This document shows, piece after piece, positions 12,094 to 22,656 of a stretch of DNA of 64,000 nt. Source of the stretch: Marsupella aquatica (lineage: Eukaryota; Plantae; Marchantiophyta); contig OZ316891.1 in assembly GCA_973895155.1 (NCBI GenBank), positions 22,333,168 through 22,397,167 of the forward strand, read 5' to 3'. The number at the start of each line of letters is the position of its first letter. Within the stretch, counting starts at the first letter, position 1. The notes under the pieces were generated by a model. That model was not told the origin of the DNA. It saw only the letters and a list, made by a program, of their open reading frames with translations, and ran no database searches. A program made the position numbers and the translations under genes.

Positions 12094-14730
12094 TTAGCTT
12101 CTTGGAGGAAGCTTGCCCATCGCTGCATGTAATCGCTCGTCTGGTATGGTTCTGTAATTCTCATAAAAGTCCAAGATTTCCATGGATATATTTTTAATCT
12201 GAGAGACAATCAAAACATGCTTTGTGAGACGTAATCAGGAGGAAGCAAGATAGATCTCTGGAGTACTATGCTAGAATTCTAGGCCACTTTCCATTGCAAA
12301 AGACTCGATTGAGTTCATGCTTCCCACCAACGCACCTAAACACCTGTCAGAACAATCTGTCTGCTGATAATGCCTCTGGGAGCAGTCAAACATGCCAGGT
12401 GTCCATAAATTAGAAGTGGAACTAAACCTGAGAATCGCGGGGGAGAATTGTTTTTGAAGAATATGTAGGTTTATAACCTAGGTGAGCAACATACCACATT
12501 CATATCAACTCGCAACTCTTCAAACCAGGCACGTGTCTCCTTGTCTTTGATGACACTCGCAATATATATACAAGCTAGGGCAATCATGAATGGTGGGTAC
12601 ATCAATATGAGATCTGTTCTGTATGAATCATTTACTATGGACCTGAAAATGACGAACAGAATCATGTTTGGTTAGAATGGCAGCTCTAACTTTGCTTTAC
12701 CACCGACCAAAGTTATTGTCTAAAACTTAAGAGGAGAGTCGAGTTGGGTTCCATCAACTGCAAATGAAGATGCACTCTTAACAACTAAGCTATTCTTCGA
12801 ACCCGACAAAATGTGCCCTAGCAGGTTGCTTTGGGAAACTTACCAGACTGTTTGAATAATATCATTCAACCCAGCATCAGCCAAAAGCCTGCATTGTAAC
12901 TCACCATTGTCATCCCCTATATAGTTTGATTATGTCACCACAATGCATTAAATAGCGCATAAGAAAACAGTTGCCTGTTGTCCTACAATTTAAATTAAAG
13001 GTTGCCAGATACAAGGGATGTGAAGGTCCTACAGAATTAAAGGTCGATATGGGTGATAGATGACTAGATAATAATCTAGAGCTTCCAACAGTCGCATCTC
13101 CATCTCCAGAACATCCTTGATTTCGTACTTGAATCCTTTTTCTTCAGATGCTGCAGCTAGACAAATATACAGAAATAGCCTCTATTGGATTCAAGATAGA
13201 AAAATCCAAGCCTTGCAAGCTGGTACCCACGAGAGTCGCCGGTAACCAGCTAAGCCACGAGACATGCATAACAGTCTACCAAATCTCCAATAGTATTTTG
13301 AAGCTATACAGCATCGTTCTTGCATTGAACCTAGTTTTTCAGAGACCACTCTGGTATAAGTGTAGAGACGAGTCAGATACAGCGAAACAATCATCTCTCT
13401 GCCTTAACTCTTGAAATCGATCTGGCACTGGAGGACGTATTAAGATTAATTACAGGTGATACGCTACTCAAAAAGATGTTGTGGAATCCTATCCAAGGCG
13501 TAGTAAGAAGCGGATGGGCGACATTACTGAACCGGTGAGTAGGGAGTAGGTGGAGCAAGACGAACATACGGAGCTTCTTCATGTAAAAAACAAGCAGCTT
13601 CGCCTGTACAGTGCTCTCTTCCGCTTTCGATGCTAAATATAAACATGTTGGAGCAACTAATCTTGGATCATACTCCGCGAAACTCTTTCTACAAGAATTG
13701 AAGACACAGTAATCGAAGGTCAGAATACAACAGAAAATTGTGTCCTGTCCAGAAGACAAGGAAGAATTAAGAAATAACAAAAACCAATAGTAGTCTTCAA
13801 TGACTGGCACCAACCTCGTGTATATACGCCTGAAATAAGCAATGGCTGTCGCCACCACACTGCACGGTCAACAGCCAACCCAGCAAGAAAGATTAGCGAA
13901 AGGAGATAATATAAGTTGCCTGGAAATCGTCTGGGTTTCATGAACATGCCATCGAGCTAAGTCTTAGCAAGCCAAGTTTGGAATAGGAATATTATGGAAG
14001 TGGGCACCAGGGTGCAACAGAATGGTATAGCGCTCACCGTTGTCGCACTTTCACATTTTGAGCCAGATGCCTGATATCTGGAGACAGGAGGAACAAACCA
14101 GATCAACTTCAGAATGATACGCAAAAAAAACGGACCCATTCTGGTCACTGAAAGGTAAGGCGGGGAAATCTCGTTTGTTACTAACATGTAGATAGATGAA
14201 TTTTGATCAGCTTAAGGTCCTCTGCAGTGAATCCACGTTCTTGATCAGCAGGCAGAACATGTCCAACCTCATCCGCATCCAAAAGCTTCTTGCTGCATGC
14301 ACAACCAGGAACCATTGTGAATACCATGACACGTCTTGAGAAACCAGATGCCTGCCTTCAGACCGCATTGTGAAGCTCTTGATATGTATGATATGCAGAT
14401 CACAACGCTTCCCGAAATATGACGAACTGATACAATCAGAAGCTAAAGAAAGCAATTAATATACTTGGTAAAATACACTTCATGGGGAATTAATATAGAA
14501 CAACTCCAAACGGTAGAGGCCACACCCAGCAGTCAATCTCTTCTTCTACACAGCAATAAGGCACTTACGCGAAACTAAATTGATGATAAAAATAATTTAG
14601 AACGGGAAGACCATGATCAACATGGGAGAAACCCTACTAGGTTCGCCCAGCAGCGAAGAACACAGGGAAAAAGGTAGGGAAACAGCAGAGACGCGCACCA
14701 GTGGGACGAGGTCCAAAAATTGGCAGCCAT
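12094..14730 (-). CDS. CYCC1: Cyclin C (Mediator CDK8 module), 9 exons
   Basis: Exons 14730-14699, 14292-14186, 14077-14038, 13859-13815, 13688-13570, 13156-13033, 12888-12844, 12642-12495, 12198-12094 (254 aa). Motifs MAANFWTSSH, VKVRQRVVATAIAYFRR, DPRLVAPTCLYLASKAEES, LEALDYYLVIYHPYR and WSIVNDSYRTDLILMYPP. Confidence 0.95.
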
Positions 14731-15280
14731 TTTCCCTCCACGGCAGCAGCAGGAGCAGGAGCCAATCTTTCATGTGTGTGGAGAAGAGCGACTCATTCAT
14801 TTACTCATTCACGCGACCACGCTGTTCAGCTGATGTTCCATGTTGATCACTGAGAGTCTGGCATTTTACTCATCAATAGCCTCTTCAGTGCAAGCTCAAG
14901 AATGACTATCCCTTTTCACCAAACTCGGACCCGAACAACAACATTTCTACGAGAAAACTCCCACAAAACCTTCGAATGTTCTGTCGATGCGAACGCTTCT
15001 GATCCTCTCGCTCGCTCTGTCACTCATCGTCAGAACCGCGACTCACTGCACCAGTGTTAACGAACAAACAAGCAGCTAGGCATTGAATTGAAAAATGCAA
15101 AACTAAACCAGAAGAACTGGCAAACAGAGCGAACAGAGGGAACAAAATTTTCAGCAAATCATATCAACAGATTCAAGGATTCAACGTGTTTATTCAGCAA
15201 ATCGAATCGAGGAAAGGATCCAAGGATTAAATAGTACATTCACCAAATCAAAGTAATGCCCTTTTTGCCTTTGGGACAAT

Positions 15281-15460
15281 GGAAACGGAAGCTAGGATGG
15301 ACCACCATGTGTGACATAATGCTCCAGTGTACCACATTTGGGTTTTGACTCTGGAAACGGAAGCTAGGATGGACCACCATGTCTGACACAATGCTCCAGT
15401 GGACCACATTTGGGTTTCGGATCCTCAAAACTGAAGCTAGGATGGACTACCATGTTGGGC
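15281..15460. repeat. Tandem repeat of ~72 bp (two full copies plus a partial third) upstream of cyclin C
   Basis: ggaaacggaagctaggatggaccaccatgt.tgaca.aatgctccagtg.accacatttgggttt at ~15281 and ~15353; third gaagctaggatggactaccatg at ~15433. Confidence 0.85.
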
Positions 15461-17034
15461 ATGGTGCTCAATTGGACCCACACTTTTGTGGTCCATTGGG
15501 AGTTTGGGGAACTAACATGATAATTGTGGCTCTTGAAATAATTTTTAGTTTTGCACCTGCATGGAAACTACATGAGGAGGAGACATAGAAAAAACACAAG
15601 CCTAAACATGTCATATTAACACTGAAAATTAATTCCATGGAATTTATCTCTCTCCATTTCATGCTGAAAACTCAACCAAATGGCCAAAAATTCACTGTCA
15701 CTTTGATGTAAGTGAGGTTTGCTTACTAGTCTAGCATATCCCCAACTTTGAGTTTATGAATATTAGGTTATTGCAATTAAACTCAAATTTTGGAAAATGT
15801 GTTTATGGGTTTCAAATACCAACCTTTGTGGTCCATGGTTTCACATTCTGGATCCTGTCACCCTTAAGGAACTTTTTCTTTTGGCAGTTATTTATATAAT
15901 CAAGGTAAAACATGTCACAGCTAATTTGATGTTGCTATAATGGCAAATACATGTGACTGGCTCATAATACCAAATTTCTTCATTGCCAGCTCAGAATATC
16001 CAATTTCTTTGGTGATGAATGAATTTATATTTTGTATACCTGAAGAGTTGCATGTTCTTGGAAGTTAAGCCCGGATGGACCAAGGGGGTTGTTTTGCCCA
16101 TCCCCATGGACTTTGTTACACACACTGCTTCACTTTACACCCAAAATCCACATTGTCAGGCTATCCTAAGAAGCATGTTTCACTTTTGAGAAGTACGCCC
16201 CGAGTAGTTTTTCCAGGTGTCTTGACCAACTTCAAAATGCTAGTTTTCACCAAACTTGTGCATTTATTTAAACAACTTTTGGATCTCTGTGCAGCTCAAA
16301 AATTTCCAGCATGTTCTTTGATGTCCAATCTATTACCTAACAAAGTTTCATTTTTTCTGAAACCATTTGGTCCACTGCTGGTGAGTGCAAAGATGATCAA
16401 ATATTATAAACTAATCTCCAATGGAAGCTTCACTTTTGATGTTCTCAGTCAGTCCATCCCTCCTTTGGACAATCCATGGGGGCTTCATAGCAAACCCTTA
16501 GTCTATTCAGGCTTTACTTTCACATATTCTTTGTTATGTTCTTCTTTGGATTTAGTAACAACATCCCTTTTAATTTATTTTAGAAATTGAATTCTCACAC
16601 ATTCCAACCACACCTTTATTTTTAAATTGAACTTTTCATTTCCCTGATTTAGTAGTGGCATAATTTTGAGGATGCGATAGTTGTCAAATTTACAAGCCTT
16701 GTATCTGGCAGGGTTGAACCCAAGACTTCAGGTTTGCAGTCCAGAGTCCTGTTTACAGTGCTCTGGTCCATAATCCCCAGACAATGAGGGCTTTAGCTCC
16801 AGTTGCATTCTGATCATTGCGCTCGAGGTTTGAGGGGCTATTAATGCCCATAGTGCTCTGACAAAAAGTAGAGGAGAAGTTTCATAATGGGCGAATTCAC
16901 ATGTTGACTCTGTATTCTTCAGCTGGCTTTGGTCATTTGACCAGGGGATAAACCTAGAACCCACAGGTGCCAGGTTCAATCCCCCCTCCACACGCAAGGG
17001 GTGTGGAGGGTATGTGTCTGTACGTGTGGGTGGA

Positions 17035-17492
17035 GTGTAGCGCTTTGGGGCCCTGGTTCAACCCTCTCTCCCTCCTGGTCTGGGTCCTTGTAGGATCCCT
17101 GTGTATGGTCGACCCTTGTGGGCTACCCTACAGTGGTACATGGTCTATCCTGTGTTGGATGGGTCTACTTTGGGCTTGAAGGCTACCCTACAGTGGTACA
17201 TGGTCTATCCTGTGTTGGATGGGTCTACTTTGGGCTTTCAAGTGTAGCGCTTTGGGGCCCTGGTTCAACTCTCTCTCCTTGTAGGTCTGGGTCCTTGTAG
17301 GATCCTATGTATTGGTCCACCCTTGCGGGCTACCCTACAGTGGTACATTGTCTATCCTCTGTTGGATCGGTCTACTTTGGGCTTTCAAGGCAAACAATGT
17401 TGGATAGGGGTGTGTTGGATGGGTCTACTTTTTATCCTCTTTTTATCCTCTGTTAGATGGGTCTACTTCCGGCTTTCAAGGCAAACAATGTT
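17035..17492. repeat. Nested direct repeats (60 bp tandem unit inside a ~207 bp duplication)
   Basis: ggctaccctacagtggtacatggtctatcctgtgttggatgggtctactttgggctt at 17121 and 17181, with a variant at ~17327; gtgtagcgctttggggccctggttcaa at 17035 and 17242. Confidence 0.9.
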
Positions 17493-17839
17493 GACTCTGC
17501 ATTCTTCTCCATAAATATACTGAAATCTGAAGGGCACTAAGAGTATAGTAACCCCTCGTAAGAGTGGTAACAGGGAATGTTGTCTAGGAAGCTGTAGTTT
17601 AACAAAGGCATTCAGTGCACAAATCTCTGGGCTAATACGAGCCTTCCTTTCTGCGGTTTCGTTTTAACAGTTCTTCAGCCCACATCTATCAATCCAACTC
17701 TACCAAACTAAGCAATCAACCCTGTCATAGAATAGGGGGCAAAACATTGTGAGTGCAAATGCGACAAGGGTGAAGAAAAAGAGAGAGCCATCTTGTGCTA
17801 ACAAATCATACAGATTTATTACTTCTACTTAAGCTTTCA

Positions 17840-19256
17840 TCATGCCAGCTGGGGAAGAGGAGGTGGTGGACCAAAATTCACAACACTACTTTCGTTAAAC
17901 TTGATCCCCCTACTTCTCATATCTTCAGCGAAATCTCTAGCGGTATCTAGCCTATCTGCCTTGACATAGGCATTGAACATCACTGCACAGATCTTCGGGG
18001 TAATACGCATCTTTCTTTCTAACATTTCGTTAAACAATTCTTGAATCTCATCTATCAATCCAAGTCTACCAAACCAAGCAAGCAAACCTGTCATTGAATC
18101 AGGGCCAGGCCTTAATCCGGCATTTTCTAGCTCAACCACCACACTTACAGCTTGAGTCAACAACTCTCTCTTCTCATACGCAGCTACTAGAAGGCAGATT
18201 GCACGGTCATCTGGAACAAGCCCATTCCTTCTTAAGCTCTGGAACACCGTTGTTGCTTTCTCTGCGTCGCCAACTCTTCCATAGCCATCTAATAGAGCAG
18301 TGAAAGCCTTGGTATTGGCCTTCAACCCTCGTGAAAGCATGAGATCAAAAACTCTCTGTGCTTCATCTGGTCGCTCCGCACGAGCATATCCATTGATCAA
18401 ACCACAGAATGTTTCCACAGTTGCTGGTACACCTGCAGCATCCATCACTTCAAGCAATTGCTCAGCTTCCCAAGGGAGGCCGCTGTAGCCATAAGACGAC
18501 ATTAGGGTATTGTACACCATTGTGTCTGGTTCGTGTCCTTCAGACTTTATTCTATTAAACACTTTGATTGCCCGCTCCAAGAACCGCGCTTTTCCATACA
18601 ACCCTAGCATAACGGTAAGGATTACCATGTCCACGGCAAAGCCACGTGCTTCCATCTCCTCCAAGAGCCTTTCTGAATCTTCAATGCGGCCAGCCTTACC
18701 ATATCGCTCAATCAGCTTAGCATAATCACGTTTGTTGACGTCAAACCACTCTTCATTGAACGACCATTCAGAAAGCTGCAAAAGAGGAACAACAAGGGTA
18801 TTAGGGAATGGGTGAATCTCAGGGTTAGCAGTACACGGCATTATCTTGAAAAGAAACGACATTTACCTTGAAAAGGAGTTCCCGCGATCCACTATTATCA
18901 AACTCTTTCAACACATCCAACCAATCACGTCTTACTGGATTCATGCCTGCCACCCATCTCTCTAATGTGGCCAGGAGAATTCCATCGCCGCTTTCGTCTT
19001 GCATCCATTTCTTTAACTCCTTGGTAATCTGCATTGCTCGCTTTGTCATTTTGCTGTACACGAGGGGCTCATCTATCCACACCTTCCTTTTTGTTGCCTG
19101 GGTCTGTATCATGAGTCTTTGCTTTGATCCCCCCTCCCCTGCTCGATTTCCTCCCAGATGTACAGACTGTCGACCCCAACATGGGACACCAGATACTTTA
19201 CGCCCCTGGAACAAGTCCATTTCAGCATAATTGCGAGGACTTGTAGTCAGAGCCAT
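17840..19256 (-). CDS. P-class pentatricopeptide repeat protein, At1g01970-like, 2 exons, probably organelle-targeted
   Basis: Exons 19256 (or in-frame ATG 19307)-18867 and 18775-17840, about 441 aa. Tandem 35-aa PPR motifs (DYAKLIERYGKAGRIEDSERLLEEMEARG, VYNTLMSSYGYSG, AFTALLDGYGRVGD) and an N-terminal WVAGMNPVRRDWLDVLKE block resembling At1g01970. Confidence 0.9.
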
Positions 19257-19288
19257 TGCCAAATTTTGGTCAGGTAGCAGAAGAGTTA

Positions 19289-19825
19289 CTAGCCCCAGTC
19301 CACCCATGGCAGATCCGGCCAACCACCTTCAGGCGGAGGGTGCAGTGACGGTGGCAACTGGCTCTCTTTAATAGGATGCACCACCTCGCCTGCAAATTGC
19401 GAGAGCCTTAGAGAAGGTCCACCTCTAATTCAGAAGACATTCAGAATTCGACCTCACCAGAACCTCATTCACAACAGATTCAAGACACGGGTTCGGGGTG
19501 CAAGAGCCAAGCCCTATCTGACTCATCTGGCTGCCAAAGCATTCACACATTTCAATTGAAATCGCCGGCTCTCACTGCAGATTATTATGCAAAGAGGGAG
19601 GACAATGCAATGGTGTATTCACATACCAATTCCTGGAGGGCCGAACGTGACGAACGCAGGTGCTGGTGGAGCAGAGTTCACTGTCGTCTGTGGGGCACCT
19701 TTGAAGGAATCAAACCAGGCCTTCTTCGCGCGCTGATGCAAGGAACCTTGTGTGTGGCGCTTGCGCGAGGCAGGGGTGTCGTGGAATTGATTGCCACAAT
19801 AATCACAATAGTATTTCGGCGGCAT
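19289..19825 (-). CDS. ZMAT5: ZMAT5 / U11-U12 snRNP 20K-like matrin (U1-type) zinc-finger protein, 2 exons, 99 aa
   Basis: Exon 19825-19627 encodes MPPKYYCDYCGNQFHDTPASRKRHTQGSLHQRAKKAWFDSFK. A GT-AG intron leads to exon 19389-19289, encoding GEVVHPIKESQLPPSLHPPPEGGWPDLPWVDWG*. The LPPSL.PPP.GGWP...V.WG tail is the ZMAT5 signature. The ORF track misses this second exon. Confidence 0.9.
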
Positions 19826-19984
19826 ATCCTCCCCAAAAACTCTTCGAGTCTACACAATCTGTGATCTATTTCCTCACTTCCTCGAGAAATTCACTTCCTT
19901 AAGAGACCTTCACCTACTTCACTGTGCAAATCTAAGCGCTTGGGGATTGTTGAGGACTGGACATCATCTTCCTAGAGCGCTGAA

Positions 19985-20410
19985 TCACACTGCAGCATCA
20001 AAATCCCTATGCATCCACCCACCCAGAGAAAGGATGGTACTCAGCCCTACTGTATTTTCTCCAACAGGGTTTATGAAAACGAGTAAGCTAACCCATTCCC
20101 ATGAGGAAAAGGACCAATTTACTAAACAGGGCAAACGAAGTACAGGGGAGAAAAAGCACAAGAGGAGAACCATCAAACTCAAAAGAAGAGGTCACACTGC
20201 AGCATCAAAATCCCTATGCATCCACCCACCCAGAGAAAGGATGGTACTCAGCCCATGGGGCCCTACTGTATTTCTCCAACAGGGTTTATGAAAACGAGTA
20301 AGCTAACCCATCCCCATGAGGAAAAGGACCAATTTACTAAAACAGGGCAAACGACGTACAGAGGAGAAAAAGCACAAGAGGAGAACCATCATATTGAATA
20401 GAAGAGGGCA
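19985..20410. repeat. Tandem duplication of ~207 bp immediately upstream of ZMAT5
   Basis: tcacactgcagcatcaaaatccctatgcatccacccacccagagaaagg...aaaagcacaagaggagaaccatca begins at 19985 and 20192; the copies are near-identical with a small indel. Confidence 0.93.
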
Positions 20411-21709
20411 ACTGCAGACCCCCAAAACCTAGAAAATAATATCTAACAATAGTGTACTATGTAATTAAGCCAATCTACCAGTGGCTTCATTCTACAGAGG
20501 AGGTCATGACCTATTTTGATTATGAAATATGGTATAGATTGTTTCCCTGATGTCCAATAGATGGAGGTAAACCAAAGCTTGGATGGACCCAGATGTTGTG
20601 AGTCCTTGCCCATCGCCATGGACTGCGTAAAGTCATCAGCCATCAGCAAAAGAAAATGAAGCATGGCAAGTGGAACCAATGGCCATGTACCTAGGCATGA
20701 CAAGGGTGTAGTTCTATAAGAAAGTACGCCCCAAGTGCACTGCACATAACAACACTAAATTTTGTTCTCAAGAGATTGAGATAAGGCAAAACAGACCCTC
20801 TTTGGACCCAAACAACTAATACTATTGAATCTAGGGTAACCGGATGAAATAACTGAACAAACAGGGAGACCCTTTACAGGTCGATTCTAAGTCAAAAGTG
20901 TAAAATATGGTATCTCAGTATACTTTGATGTTCTGAGAAAGTGTGGAAATGCTATCCGAGTCAGACAAAATTGTAGAACATGCTATCCAAGTCTGCTTTG
21001 ATGTTCTGAGAAAGTTCATAGGAACTTCACAAAGACATAAAGGGTCTCTAACCAAACTCATATGAAGCTCATATGAAGCTTGAGTTTCATATGAGTTTGG
21101 TAAGATTTCGGTCACCTGGAAAATCTCTGGAATTGAGGAAACCAGTGTCCTGAACTGGAAGAGTTCTGTACTGGAGTCAACAATCAGGCAATGCAGATCT
21201 GCCGCTTCTCACCATGGGCAGCAGTGCAGCAGCCCCACAGTCAAGGCTCCACTGTGGGCCTGTGGCCTTTCGCTGCAAAAGGCAAACAGCAGCCGCTTGC
21301 TCCCTCTACCAAGCGAAAGCCTCCACCTCACGCAAAGGATCGTCACCAGCATGATGTACACAATCTGTCGATTACGGTCCTGACCAATCATTGATTATGA
21401 AGGTTTGCTTGGTAAGTGTAACTTCGTACTCCAATGGGTACAAATAACTATCAGACCACCTGCTACGGTAGCTATTTGCTTTTGAGGAAATCTGCCCTTT
21501 GGCGACTGAACCCGTCATTCTTCCTCCTGTTGTCTGCGGGAGCACGGGACAGTACAAAACCATGTTTCTTATTAGAGGGTGATTCAAACCAGCACACGTC
21601 TGGAGTCCTCTTTGTGTCTCTTTGTGTCTGGAAATTGGGATTGCTCAAGTGACTGGGATTTCTCTTTGTTCTCTGGATGCCGTTCAGCTATAGCCAGAGC
21701 AGCATCCTC

Positions 21710-21736
21710 TTCCTTCCTTCCTTCCTTCCTTCCTTC
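21710..21736. repeat. (TTCC)n microsatellite
   Basis: ttccttccttccttccttccttccttc read directly. Confidence 0.9.
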
Positions 21737-22656
21737 TGTATCATCCGCTCATCAGTGGTTACTCACTTGAAATCTCGCCCAATCGTTGTCGTGACATTCT
21801 GCTCCCCTTGTCAGTGAGCCCGAAATTTCATTCTGTTCTATGCTTATCAAGTCGGATTCTCAGATTTGACTCCAGTTCGGATGCTTTCCATTGACTGAGA
21901 ACTGGTGAACAGTGAGCATGAGCTCTTTTTAGATTGGTGCAAGTGACATTACAATTGTGGGTGTGTGCGGTTTGGAACCCATCATCGGCAATGGACTGAT
22001 CGTTCCGGCTTGGTTGATATAACTTGTGTTATGCCAAACGACTCTGGAGTTCAAAAGTGGGGTGAAGAGAATTCAGTGGGGGGACTCTAAATTCCCCGTT
22101 CCTCGCTCTGATTTGTGAGCAGGAGGGATTCCTCGATTGACATCTGTATACAATCTCATCCAGCAGTGGTAGAGAAATGTGGGGTTTTCTGATGGGTGGG
22201 TGACTGGTGTATCCTCACGGTCGGAGCTTTTATTTGAGGAGAAGCAGCTGGTTGATTGAAGGCAAGGAACTGGTGAATTCAAACTGTCTTTGGGGAATTA
22301 GGTGTGAATTTAGGTTTGGATTTGGGACTTTGAGGTTTTGGGTATTGAGCCCTCAACTTTGATTTGAGTAAGAGCAGAGTTGACAGGAGGAAGGGGTTTG
22401 CTGCAGTGTTCGAGCATCTTTGCAATTGCTCAAATTGGGGAAAACGTTTGTGGGTGATATATTCCGTCACTTTGCCCAACAAAATCCTGGATTGTGGGAT
22501 TTTCTCCCGTACGCTCGTTGGTGGTCGCTCGCTGGTGGGTGGGTTTACTTCGTGATCGTAATATAGATTTGTCACAAGGATTCTGTATCTTGTACGTTGA
22601 TTTCTTCGGAGGGAACGTCTTAGTCAGTGTTGCTTCGTGAGCTCACCTTTTGAAGC

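Noticed and set aside
17840-19825. Single fused zinc-finger-PPR protein
   Set aside because: The ZMAT5 splice (19627 to 19389) reads the conserved tail and stops at TAG TAA; the PPR is in another frame. A fusion would need an unsupported alternative acceptor or frameshift.
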